A stretch of 31,592 nucleotides of DNA from an uncultured Gemmatimonadales bacterium (GTDB lineage Bacteria; Gemmatimonadota; Gemmatimonadetes; Gemmatimonadales; GWC2-71-9). The notes beneath the pieces are model-generated. The model was given only the letters and a program-made list of their open reading frames with translations. It did not search any database and had not been told where the DNA came from. Location of the stretch: assembly GCA_963730185.1 (NCBI GenBank), contig CAVSQW010000016.1, forward strand, positions 1 to 31,592, read 5' to 3'. Shown piece by piece: positions 10,179-19,809 of the stretch; within the stretch, counting starts at the first letter, position 1, and the number at the start of each line of letters is the position of its first letter. A program made the translations under genes and the position numbers.

Positions 10179-10279
10179 GTCGAACCTCCTTGAATCGTAT
10201 CCAAGCTATGGGCCCACCTTGAAGCCACGGCCAAGTCTCCGTGAGGTGAGCCGGTGCCTTGCGCGCCCATCGGCGAGTG

Positions 10280-10295
10280 GGCAACTTCTCGGCCC
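10280..10295 (-). promoter_or_regulatory. Putative sigma54 (-24/-12) promoter for the Ig-fold lipoprotein gene
   Basis: Minus strand GGGCCGAGAAGTTGCC = GG-N10-GC with canonical TTGC; upstream GACA-N3-GGTT box at 10324-10334. Confidence 0.55.
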
Positions 10296-10339
10296 CGGAC
10301 AGGAACGATCCAAGTGCCGCTAGGACAGGAGGTTAGAGC

Positions 10340-12080
10340 GTGACCACCCAGGCGACCTCCCCGCGGGGGCCGGGGCTCCGGGGAAAGCTCCTCACGCTGC
10401 TGCTGGCGTTCGGGGTCCTACCGGTCATCGCGGCCATCACCGTGGGCTACCTCGTGAGCCGCTCGGTGGCGACCCGGCAGGCGGTCCAGTCGCTCGAGGC
10501 GCTCAACCGGGCGCAGGCGGTGCACCTGGGCACGGAGCTGGACCGGGAGCGGCTCCTGCTCCGGACGATCGCGGGCCAGCTCCCGGGCGACGGGCGGCTG
10601 GAGCGCACCTCGCCGGCCGACCTGGCCCGGATGCTGGTGCAGGGCCTGCCGGAGGATGGCATCTTCGACGGCCTCCGGATCGTGACCGACGGGGGCGAGG
10701 TGGTGGCGGCGGTGGCGCTCCGTAACACGGCGCCCCACTGGCCGGACCGAGCGCCCGCCGCCCGGTGGACGGTGCGGCGGGTGGTGGTGCACCGGGACGG
10801 CGACGCGGTGATGGCCTACTTGGTGGCGGTCCCGGTGGGCGGGCAGGGGGCCTGGCTCGAGGGTCACGTCCGGGCGGAGGACTTCGTCCGGGTCTTCTCG
10901 ATTCCAGAGCACCTGATGAGCGGTTCGGAGTCGGCCGTGGTGGAGGCGGGCGATCGCCTCGTGTTCGCCGCTCATCCCCACGGCGCGAGCGAGGTGCTGG
11001 CCGGCTGGCCGAGCGGCCCGGGGCCCCGAGCCACCTCCACCGGCGACGCCCTGCTCGCGGCGGCGGCGGTGACCGGGACCGACTGGACCTTCGTGTCCCG
11101 GCTCCCGACCGACGTGGCCCTGGCGCCGCTCGCCCGGCTCCGGAACACGGCGCTGGCGAGCTCGGCCGTGCTGGTGCTGCTGATCGTGGTGATCGGGGCG
11201 CTGGCGGCCCGGTCGGTCACGACGCCCCTGCGCACCCTGGCCGCGGCCGCCGTGCGGTTCGGCCGCGAGGGGCGCTACCAGCGGCTCCCGGCGCCCGGCC
11301 GCGACGAGGTGGCCGTGGTGGTCGACTCGTTCAACCGGATGGCGTCGGACCTGGACCGCTCGCGGGCGGAGCTCGAGGAGCTCCATGTCCGCGACCTGGA
11401 GCGGGCCCAGCAGCTCGCCACGGTGGGCGAGCTGGCCAGCGGCGTGGCCCACGAGATTCGTAACCCGCTCACCGGGATCCGCGGGGCGCTGGAGCTGGCC
11501 CTCCGGAGCCTGCCGGCGGACCACGCGTCGCGGGCCCTGTTGGGGGAGGCCGAGCTCCAGCTGGCGCGGATCGAGACGACCACGACGCAGCTCCTCCGCT
11601 ACGCCCGGCCGCCCGAGCTCAAGGAGATCGTGACCGATGCCCGGCTCCTGGTCGAGCGGGCCAACACCATCGTCACCCCCCAGGCCACCGCGGCCGGAAT
11701 CACCCTCCGCGACCGAGGCGCCGGAGGCGGCGCCGGTCCGGGTGGATCCGGAGCTCATGGTCCAGGTGCTGGTCAACCTGATGCTGAACGCGATCGAGGC
11801 CGGGCCGAGGGGGAGCGACGTTTCCGTGCTCCTGGTGCGGCGGGGGCCCGAGGCGCGGATCGCGGTCCGTGACCGCGGTCCCGGCGTGCCGGCCGGGCGC
11901 CGAAGCGATGTGATCCGGCCGTTCTTCACCACCAAGCCGAAGGGTACCGGGCTCGGCCTCTCGATCTCGGTCCAGATCGTGTCGCGTCATCACGGGACCC
12001 TCGTGGTGGACGATACCCCAGGCGGCGGCGCTACGTTCGTGGTGACGCTGCCGCTCGAGACGGAGGAAGGTGCCGGATGA
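10340..12080 (+). CDS. HAMP-domain sensor histidine kinase; frameshift near 11708
   Basis: Two TM segments, HAMP, H-box ELASGVAHEIRNPL. The HATPase half (QVLVNLMLNAIEA, DRGPG, FFTTKPKGTGLGL) is in ORF 11637-12080. Confidence 0.92.
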
Positions 12081-13477
12081 CGCGACAGACCCCTCGCCGG
12101 ATCCTCGTCGTCGACGACGAGAAGCTGATCCGGGTGTGGCTCGAGGCTCACCTCGGCGAGGCCGGCTACCAGCTGAGCCTCGCGGCCGACCTGGCCGCGG
12201 CCCGGGCCCAGTTCGCCGAGCGGCCGCCCGACGCCGTGCTCCTCGACCTGAAGCTGCCGGACGGCTCGGGCCTGGAGCTCCTCCGGGAGTTCATCGAGGC
12301 CGACCCGGACCTGGTCGTGATCATGCTCACCGCCCACGGCGACATCGCCACCGCGGTCGAGGCCATCAAGCTCGGCGCCTATCACTTCCTCGAGAAGCCG
12401 CCCAAGCTGGACGACGTACTGGTGACCCTGGCCAAGGGCCTCGAGACCCGCGGGCTCAAGCGGACCGTGTCGGGCCTCCGGCGCCAGGCCGGCTGGCTCC
12501 TGGCCGACGTGGAGATCGTGGGCCGGTCGCCGGCGATGGCCCACGTGGTCGAGCTGGTGAGCAAGGTGGCCGCCAGCGAAGGCACCACCGTGCTACTCCG
12601 GGGCGAGAGCGGGGTCGGGAAAGAGGTCATTGCCCGGGCGGTCCATGCCCGGAGCGAGCGGCATCCGTTTCCGTTCCTCGAGATCAACTGCACCGCGCTG
12701 CCGGAGACGCTCCTCGAATCCGAGCTGTTCGGGCATGAGCGCGGGGCGTTCACCGACGCCAAGGAGCGGAAGCAGGGGCTCCTGGAGCTGGCCGACCGGG
12801 GGACGGTGCTGCTCGACGAGATCGGCGACCTGCCGGCCGCGGCCCAGGCCAAGCTGCTCAGGTTCCTGGAGAACCGGACCTTCAAGCGGGTGGGCGGCGT
12901 TCGGGACATCACGGTCGACGTGCGGATCGTGGCCTCGACCAACCGCGACCTCGAGGCCGCGGTCCGCGACGGGTCGTTCCGCCGCGACCTCTTCTTCCGG
13001 CTCAACGTGGTTCCGATCGTGATCCCGCCGCTTCGGGAGCGGCCGGAGGACGTCGAGCCCTTGGCCGAGTATTTCCTGACCCGCTACACCGAGGCCATGC
13101 GTCGGCCGCCGCGACGGATCGCGCCGGCCACCCTGGCGATCCTCCGGCGCTACGGCTGGCCGGGCAACGTGCGCGAGCTCCGCAACGTGGTGGAGCGGAC
13201 CGTGATCCTCGACGAGGGCCCCGACTTCCTGCCCGAGAACCTGCCGGACGAGCTCAAGCCGGGAGGCCGGGCCCTGGATCTGGAGGCCGGCTTCCGGCTG
13301 CCGGCGGGGGGCGTCATGCTCGAGCAGCTGGAGCGGGATCTGATCCAGCAGGCCCTGGACCAGGCCCGCGGCAACAAGACCCGCGCGGCCCAGCTGCTCG
13401 GTCTGAGCCGGGACACGCTGCGCTACCGGATCGAGAAGCACGGGTTGGGGGGTGGGGCGGGGGGAGAGGCCGACTGA
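12077..13477 (+). CDS. NtrC-family sigma54-dependent response regulator (REC-AAA+-Fis HTH)
   Basis: ILVVDDE, LLDLKLPD, GESGVGKE, ESELFGHERGAFTDA, LLDEIGD, WPGNVREL, NKTRAAQLLGLSRDTLRYR. Confidence 0.96.
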   Translation: MTRQTPRRILVVDDEKLIRVWLEAHLGEAGYQLSLAADLAAARAQFAERPPDAVLLDLKLPDGSGLELLREFIEADPDLVVIMLTAHGDIATAVEAIKLGAYHFLEKPPKLDDVLVTLAKGLETRGLKRTVSGLRRQAGWLLADVEIVGRSPAMAHVVELVSKVAASEGTTVLLRGESGVGKEVIARAVHARSERHPFPFLEINCTALPETLLESELFGHERGAFTDAKERKQGLLELADRGTVLLDEIGDLPAAAQAKLLRFLENRTFKRVGGVRDITVDVRIVASTNRDLEAAVRDGSFRRDLFFRLNVVPIVIPPLRERPEDVEPLAEYFLTRYTEAMRRPPRRIAPATLAILRRYGWPGNVRELRNVVERTVILDEGPDFLPENLPDELKPGGRALDLEAGFRLPAGGVMLEQLERDLIQQALDQARGNKTRAAQLLGLSRDTLRYRIEKHGLGGGAGGEAD

Positions 13478-13599
13478 CCGGAGTCTCACTTCTTCGCAGA
13501 CCTCCCCGAGCCACTCGCCCGATCGGGTGTCCCGTGGCGAGCAGCCTGGCCCCATCGGTACGTTATCCGCTCCGTCTTCCAACTCCCGGAGCTGCACCT

Positions 13600-15435
13600 A
13601 TGGTCGCGCGCCTCCCGGCCGCCGCCGCGCTGTTTCTCCTGCTGGCGAGCTGCGGCCCCAAGCAGCCGGCCGGCACTATCGTCGTGATGTATGACAACCA
13701 GTACAACGGAGTCATCACCAAGGTTCCGGTCGGCACCCGGGTCACCTTCCTCAACATCGGGGGAACAGTCCACAACGCCACCAGCGTCGATGGGGTCTGG
13801 AAGAGCGGCGACGTCGAGGCCCACACCGCCGGCACCGGGGTCGGGGGCGACGTGGTCTTCGACCAGCCGGGCGTCTACCACTACTACTGCACCTATCACG
13901 GCACCAAGGACGGCATGGGGATGGCCGGGGTGATCGTGGTGGGCGACACCAACTACACCCTGACCGAGAAGGGCCAGCTGCCGACGGCCGAGACGCCCAC
14001 GGGCGTGACCCGGCACGTGCCGGCGGAATATCCCACCATCCAGACCGGAGTCGATGCGGCCTCGCCGGGCGACCTGGTGCTGGTGGACAAGGGGGTCTAC
14101 AAGGAGGAGGTCACGGTCACCACGCCGTCGCTGGTGATTCGCGGCGTCGACCGAAACGAGACCATCATCGACGGCGAGTTCGTCCGCGGCAACGGGATCG
14201 TGGTGCTGGCGGATCAGGTGGCGGTCGAGAACATGACCGCCCGGAACGCCTTTCTGAACGGATTCTTCTGGAGCGGCGTGACCGGCTTCCGGGGCTCCTA
14301 CCTGACCGCGTACAACAACGGCGATTACGGGATCTACGCCTTCGGGGCAAGCGACGGCGTGTTCGAGGACTCCTACGCCTCGGGGTCGCCCGACTCGGGG
14401 TTCTACATCGGCGAGTGCTATCCCTGCAACGCGGTGATCCGGAACGTCGTGGCCGAGCGGAACGGGCTCGGGCTCTCGGCCACCAACGCGGGCGGGCACT
14501 TCTACGTGGTGAGCTCGACCTGGCGCTACAACCGGGCCGGGCTGGTGCCCGCGTCGCTCGACATCGAGCTCCATCCGCCCCAGCGCTCCGCGGTGTTCGC
14601 CAGGAACCTGGTGTACTCGAACAACAACCGGCAGGCCCCGGCGATCGTCCTCAACCTGCTCGGCTTCGGGAACGGGATCCTGCTGGCCGGGTCGGTCGAC
14701 GACACGGTCATCGGCAACGTGGTGTACGACCACGAGGCCAACGGGATCATCGTCTCGCCGATCCAGGATCGGAACTACTACCGGCCCGAGCGGAACGTGA
14801 TCCGAGACAACCTGGTGCTGGGCTCGGGGCGGGCCGATCTGGGCAACGCCGGTCCAGGCGCGTCGGGCAACTGTTTTGCCGGGAACACCTACCAGACGAG
14901 CCTCCCGCTCGGGCTGGAGCGGATGCAAGGCTGTGGCGGGGCTCGGATGCTCTGGTGGTCCGACCTGGCGACCTACGGGACCATCATGCGGCGGGCGATG
15001 GTGGCGCCCGGTGTGACCATCCCGGATTGGAAGACCCAACCGGCGCCACCGCCGCAGGCCACCATGCCCGGCGGGGCCGAGGCACCGGTCCGGTTGGCGC
15101 GCGACGTGTTCCGGTCGCTGAACTTCGATCTCGCCAACGCGACGCTGCCGGCGGGGGCCGATTCGATCGTCGCGCTGGCGCAGGCGGCGGCGCCGGCGCC
15201 GGGCAGCGAGGCCGACGGGGTCTCGTCGAAGCGGGCCGGCTTCGGTGGGTTGGGCGCCAGTCTCCCATTCCTGATGGGACCCCTGGTGCTCCTCTGGTGG
15301 CTTTGGCGGGCGGTCCGGCGCCGGCCGGTGGCGGCGCGGCGTCCCTGGCTGGCGCGGCTGGGCGTGGTGGCCACGGGGCTGGCGGCCTACCTGGTGGTGT
15401 ACCTGGCCAGCGTGCTCTACTACGCCCGGATGTAG
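13600..15435 (+). CDS. Lipoprotein: cupredoxin (type-1 Cu) domain, NosD-like right-handed beta-helix and C-terminal TM helices
   Basis: Lipobox LLASC; HNA...YYCTYHGTKDGMGM T1 ligands; YPTIQTGVDAASPGDLVLVDKGVYKE followed by Asn/Gly-rich coil repeats; two hydrophobic C-terminal segments. Confidence 0.88.
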   Translation: MVARLPAAAALFLLLASCGPKQPAGTIVVMYDNQYNGVITKVPVGTRVTFLNIGGTVHNATSVDGVWKSGDVEAHTAGTGVGGDVVFDQPGVYHYYCTYHGTKDGMGMAGVIVVGDTNYTLTEKGQLPTAETPTGVTRHVPAEYPTIQTGVDAASPGDLVLVDKGVYKEEVTVTTPSLVIRGVDRNETIIDGEFVRGNGIVVLADQVAVENMTARNAFLNGFFWSGVTGFRGSYLTAYNNGDYGIYAFGASDGVFEDSYASGSPDSGFYIGECYPCNAVIRNVVAERNGLGLSATNAGGHFYVVSSTWRYNRAGLVPASLDIELHPPQRSAVFARNLVYSNNNRQAPAIVLNLLGFGNGILLAGSVDDTVIGNVVYDHEANGIIVSPIQDRNYYRPERNVIRDNLVLGSGRADLGNAGPGASGNCFAGNTYQTSLPLGLERMQGCGGARMLWWSDLATYGTIMRRAMVAPGVTIPDWKTQPAPPPQATMPGGAEAPVRLARDVFRSLNFDLANATLPAGADSIVALAQAAAPAPGSEADGVSSKRAGFGGLGASLPFLMGPLVLLWWLWRAVRRRPVAARRPWLARLGVVATGLAAYLVVYLASVLYYARM

Positions 15436-15443
15436 GTCGGCCG

Positions 15444-16421
15444 ATGAAGCGGCGCGACCTGGTCGTCTTCGGCGCCGGGCTCCTCACCGGGGGGGCGGTG
15501 TGGCGGTGGTGGCAGCATGGCATCAGGCTCAGGCCTCCGGTCGCGCGGCTGGCCCCGGCGGGCACGACGCTCGATCGCTACGGGCACGGCGCGATGCCGC
15601 CGGAGGGGATGGGGCCGCTGGCCCTGGACCGGGCCACCTTGCCGCCACCGCCCGCCGGAAACCGCTCGGTGGTCACCCGGACGCTCACGGTCGAGGCGGT
15701 CGAGCAGCGGCTGCCGGTCTCGGTGGACCAGATGCTCGACGCCTGGACCTTCGACGGCTCGGTACCGGGCCCGATCATCCGCGCGACCGAGGGTGACACG
15801 CTCGAGATTACCCTGAAGAACCGGACGACCCGAGCCCACAACCTCCACTTCCACGGCCGGCACGAGATCGCGGCCGATGGCTGGGAGCCCGTGGCGCCCG
15901 GCGGCCAGGCGACTTACCGCCTCACGGCTGGCCCGTTCGGGCTCCATCCCTATCACTGCGACATGACGCCGACCGAGGACCACATCGTCAACGGCCTCTA
16001 CGGCGCGATGATCGTGGATCCGCCCCGGCCCCGGCCGAAGGCCCGGGAGGTCGTCCTGGTGCTGTGCGGCTTCGATCTCGACGGCGACGGGAAGGCGGAG
16101 CTCTTCGGGTGGAACGGGGTGGCGGGGTTCTTTGCCAAGTATCCGATCAAGGTCACCGCGGGCGAGCTGGTGCGGGTCTACCTCGTCAACCTGGCGACGA
16201 CCGAACCGTCGATGTCGTTTCACCTTCACGCCGAGACGTTCGACGTCTACCCGACCGGCACGAGCCTGGTGCCGAGCGAGCGGACCGACGTGGTGACGCT
16301 GGGGCCGACCGAGCGGGCGATGCTCGAGTTCCGGTTGCCGGAGCGGGGCCGGTACATGTTTCACCCGCACCAGACGAAGCTGGCGGAGCGGGGGGCGATG
16401 GGGTGGTTCTCGGCGGTCTGA
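15444..16421 (+). CDS. Tat-exported two-domain multicopper oxidase (small laccase/nitrite-reductase-like, 325 aa)
   Basis: MKRRDLVVFG twin-Arg signal; AWTFDGSVPGPIIRATEGD, HNLHFHG, YHCDMTPTEDHIVNGLYG, SFHLHA, YMFHPHQ. Confidence 0.9.
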   Translation: MKRRDLVVFGAGLLTGGAVWRWWQHGIRLRPPVARLAPAGTTLDRYGHGAMPPEGMGPLALDRATLPPPPAGNRSVVTRTLTVEAVEQRLPVSVDQMLDAWTFDGSVPGPIIRATEGDTLEITLKNRTTRAHNLHFHGRHEIAADGWEPVAPGGQATYRLTAGPFGLHPYHCDMTPTEDHIVNGLYGAMIVDPPRPRPKAREVVLVLCGFDLDGDGKAELFGWNGVAGFFAKYPIKVTAGELVRVYLVNLATTEPSMSFHLHAETFDVYPTGTSLVPSERTDVVTLGPTERAMLEFRLPERGRYMFHPHQTKLAERGAMGWFSAV

Positions 16422-16427
16422 GTCCTC

Positions 16428-16601
16428 CACCTTCGAGAGGCCCTCATCGATGAGCTGCACCTCGCGATGGCGCCGGTCCTGCTGGGTCGGGGCGAGCGGT
16501 TGTTCGAGGGGGTGGACCTGCGAGCCCTCGGATACGAGTGCGCGCAGTTCGCCGCGTCAGAGCGAGCCACCGATGTGGTACTCCGGCGCCCGAGGAAATG
16601 A
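16428..16601 (+). pseudogene. 3' fragment of a dihydrofolate reductase/RibD C-terminal family gene
   Basis: HLREALIDELHLAMAPVLLGRGERLFEGVDLRALGYECAQFAASERATDVVLRRPRK*; matches the family's LIDELHL..PVLLG.GERLF motif; N-terminal two thirds absent. Confidence 0.8.
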
Positions 16602-16602
16602 C

Positions 16603-16630
16603 GTCTAACAACCGGCTTGCAGGGGACGGT
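16603..16630 (+). mobile_element. Degenerate integron attC 5' arm
   Basis: GTCTAAC (RYYYAAC) 1 nt after the stop codon, followed by AACCGGCTTGCAGGGGACGG; no complementary 3' arm found. Confidence 0.45.
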
Positions 16631-16723
16631 CAGGCCGCGGACAGGGTGGCCCCGGTGGGGGTGAGCGGCGACCTCGCGTGTCGTCGTCGGCGGGTGGATT
16701 CCTACTCTCAGGGGGCGGCCTCC

Positions 16724-18286
16724 ATGGACTGGTTGCGACGGGACCTACGTTTCGCCCTCCGCGGCTTTCGCCGCGCCCCCGGGTTCTTCGTCACCGCGAT
16801 CGCGGTGCTCGCCCTGGGGATCGGGATGTCGGTCGCCATGTTCACCGTGTTCCGTTCCGTGCTTCTCGAACGGCTACCGGTCGTCGACCAAGACCGCGCC
16901 GTCGTCATGTACACCTATCGGGCCGATCCGAACACCGACTACGTCACCGGCACGAAGGACCTCTGGGTCGTCCGACACGAATCGCGCACGATGCGGGACA
17001 TCGCTGCGGTCGCGCACTGGCCGGCCACCGCGACGCCGTTTCTCGACGGCGACCGCCCGGTCGAGCTCGCCCGCGGGATTGTCGCCGCTCGCCAATCGCG
17101 GGTCCCGGGCCCTGGTCCTGAGCCAACGCGCCTGGCGCGAGAAGTTCGGTGGCGACTCGGCCGCGATCGGCCGCCACCTCGTCGACCCGTTGGTGCATAC
17201 CGACTACACGATCGTGGGGGTCGCGCCGCCCGGCTTCGACTACCCGTCGGGAGCCGAGTATTGGATGCCGATGTGGTCGGGTTGGGGGAGTATCACGGCG
17301 TCCACGCGGTCACGTTCGGGGAGGCGGTGCTCGGCGACCTGACGCCCGTCCTGCGAGTGCTCACCGCCGCGGTCGGGCTTCTCATGCTGATTGCCTGTCT
17401 CAACGTCGGGAATCTCCTGTTGCTGCGGGCGTCGTCTCGCGCCAGGGAGCTGGCGGTCCGGCGGGCGGTGGGCGCCGGGTCCGTCGACATCGTGCGCCAG
17501 CTGCTGGCCGAAGCCGGTGCGCTCGCCGTGGTCGGTGGCGGGCTCGGTCTGGCGTTCGCGGCGGTGCTGCTTCGGCTGCTGGTGCGATTCGCGCCGCCAC
17601 GCCTCCCGCGGCTCGACGAGGTCCAATTGGCCGGCCCGCCCGTGGCGGTGGCGATCGCGACCTCCGCCCTGGCCGTGCTCGTCTTCGGCGTCCTACCCGC
17701 TCTCATCGCCGCCCGAACGAACCTGGCGTCGCCGCTCCGGGTGGATGCGCGCTCGGGCAGGGAGACGAAGCGCCGCCGCGGCGTGCGGCAGGCGTTGGTC
17801 GCGTCGCAGATCGCCCTGGCGATGATCATGCTCGCCGGCGCGTCGCTCCTGGCGCGCAGTCTGGCCCGGTTGGAGCAGCAGGATTCCGGGTACCGGAGCG
17901 ATCACCTGTCGGTGCTCTGGTTTTCGTGGGACGCCCGCCGCATCGACTCGACCGCGAAGCTGGCGGCGCTCGGCGACCGGCTCATGCAACGGCTCGAAGC
18001 GGTGCCCGGCGTCGAGGCGGCGACCCAAAGGGTCGCGCCCCCGCTGCTGGGCAACGGCGTCTGGCAGATTCGCTTCGACCGGGAAGGGCAGACCGCAGCC
18101 GAAGCCGATGCCAATCCTTCGACCGCGGTCGACTTCGTCGGACCGGACTACTTCGCGACGTTCGGAATACCAGTCGTCCGGGGACGGCCCTTCCGCGAGA
18201 GCGACGGGGCGGGGGGGCCGCTCGTGGCCGTGGTGAGCGCGCTCGCGGCGAGGCGGCTCTGGCCGGGCTGCCCGCGGAGGGTCTAG
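16724..18286 (+). pseudogene. ADOP-family (MacB/FtsX-like duplicated) ABC permease pseudogene: internal frame disruptions and C-terminal truncation
   Basis: MDWLRRDLRFALRGFRRAPGF, LIACLNVGNLLLLR, RELAVRRAVGAG, LVASQIALA. Segment 17090-17290 is in another frame. Stops at RRLWPG, without the second FtsX repeat. Confidence 0.85.
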
Positions 18287-19698
18287 CCGGCCCGCGAGAC
18301 GATGTACTGCTCGATCTTCCCGTTTGGCATCGTCATCGTGGTGAGGTTCATGACCACCCCGCCGGCCCGGATCCGATAGGAGCGGATGGCCATGCCGCCG
18401 CGGAGCGAGTACCCGCCCGGCACGAACTCCGTCGGCGCGCCGAGGGGCCCGAGGCTGGCGGCGTAGTCCTGGAGCGCGGTGGGGTCGAAGTAGCCGTTGC
18501 AGTTGGGCGTAAAGAGCGACCGGTCCACGGTCCCGTGCATCAGCCCGGCGTAGATGGCCCGGACCTGCTCGAGCGCGGGGGCCGGTGCGGGATCGGCCGG
18601 TGGCAGGATGATGCCGGCGATCCGGCCCGCAATCTGGTCGGGGGCACCGGCCGCGCCGGGATAGATGTTGGTCAGCACCACGATCGCCGCCGAGTCGTCG
18701 GGGAAGACGGTGTTGCGCGAGGTGTAGCCCGAGACCGCGCCGCCGTGGGTGAGTATCCGATGCCCGTTGAACCGGCCGACGTTGATCCCCAGGCCGTAGC
18801 CGGTCGCGAGCCCGTTCGCCAGCCGGACCTCGGTCTGCTGCGCGCGGTAGGACGCCGGGCGCATCAGCGACTGGGTCATCATCGAGATGTCCCAGAGTGC
18901 CAGGTCGTGCGGCGTCATGGCCAGCTCGCCGGCCCCCCACATCCACCCGGGGCCGCCGTCGGGCGCCGGCCGGAGGGGGCCCAGCCCGAAGCGGAGCAGC
19001 GGCTGGGCGTCCTTGGCGTTCATCCATCCCGCGTCGAAGTCGGCGACCGAGGTGAGGTGGAGCGGGGTGATGATCCGTTGCCGGAGAAAGTCCATGAACC
19101 GCATCCCGCTCACCCGCTCGACGATGGCGGCGGCGATCACGTAGTTGGTGTTGCTGTACTGCCACTGGGTCCCGGGCTCGAAGTCGAGCGGGATCATTGC
19201 CCAGCGCCGCATCACCTCGTCGGCGCTCACCGGCTTCCGCATGTCGGGGTCCGCCGTCATCACGTAGTCCTGCGGCCAGAAGTCCTGGTAGCCGGAGGTC
19301 ATCGAGAGGAGCTCGCGAATGGTGACGTCGTTCGCGCGGGTGAGCCGGGGAAACCAGCGGGAGACGTGGTCGTCGAGCGAGAGCTTCCGCTCCTCGGCCA
19401 GCATCAGGATGGCGGCGGCACAGAACTGCTTGCTGTTGGATCCGATCGCGTAGCGCATCGCCGTCGTCGCCGGCTGGTCGGGATCGAGCCGGCCGCGTCC
19501 GTAGGCGTGCTCATAGACGATCTGGCCCCTCCGCACGATGGCGATGGACGCGCTCGGCGCGCCGGTGCCGGCCAGCACCGCCTCGGCGGCACTGTCGACC
19601 CGCGCCCGCTCGGCTGGGGTGAGCTGCTGGGCGCCGAGTGGCACGGCGAGCCAGGCGGCAATGAGAACGCTGAACGAGGACCGGGCGAGCAAGGACAT
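18283..19698 (-). CDS. Serine hydrolase, beta-lactamase class C/AmpC-like family, secreted
   Basis: GGAG RBS, signal peptide, SNSK (SxxK), YSN and HGG motifs, LLSMTSG. Confidence 0.92.
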   Translation of the reverse strand: MSLLARSSFSVLIAAWLAVPLGAQQLTPAERARVDSAAEAVLAGTGAPSASIAIVRRGQIVYEHAYGRGRLDPDQPATTAMRYAIGSNSKQFCAAAILMLAEERKLSLDDHVSRWFPRLTRANDVTIRELLSMTSGYQDFWPQDYVMTADPDMRKPVSADEVMRRWAMIPLDFEPGTQWQYSNTNYVIAAAIVERVSGMRFMDFLRQRIITPLHLTSVADFDAGWMNAKDAQPLLRFGLGPLRPAPDGGPGWMWGAGELAMTPHDLALWDISMMTQSLMRPASYRAQQTEVRLANGLATGYGLGINVGRFNGHRILTHGGAVSGYTSRNTVFPDDSAAIVVLTNIYPGAAGAPDQIAGRIAGIILPPADPAPAPALEQVRAIYAGLMHGTVDRSLFTPNCNGYFDPTALQDYAASLGPLGAPTEFVPGGYSLRGGMAIRSYRIRAGGVVMNLTTMTMPNGKIEQYIVSRAG

Positions 19699-19809
19699 CG
19701 AAAGCTCCGGGGTGACGACGGCGCTGGGTCGATACTTGGTCCCGTCCAAGAAACGCGGGGCTGGCCGTTTGCGCCAGATCAACCCGCGCCTCCGTCTCCC
19801 TGGGGTGTT

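Noticed and set aside
3881..12080. Frameshifts in cusA (3) and the kinase (1) as programmed frameshifting or true inactivation
   Set aside because: Single-base indels in short G/C runs, with no slippery heptamers and otherwise intact motifs. Similar indels recur across the window, so sequencing error is most likely; read data are needed to be certain.
13556..13571. Possible sigma54 promoter CGGTACGTTATCCGCT before the cupredoxin gene
   Set aside because: GG-N10-GC spacing fits, but it lacks TTGC and the upstream box is not at the offset shared by the other two candidates.
16419..16601. Stop-codon readthrough fusing the oxidase to the in-frame DHFR fragment
   Set aside because: In-frame by a 1-in-3 chance; the oxidase ends at a normal C-terminus (GAMGWFSAV) and the fragment is an incomplete domain.
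18283..19698. Bona fide beta-lactam resistance gene
   Set aside because: SxxK/YxN/HGG motifs are shared by the broad serine hydrolase family (esterases, D-peptidases); nothing specific to true AmpC (KTG) is present.
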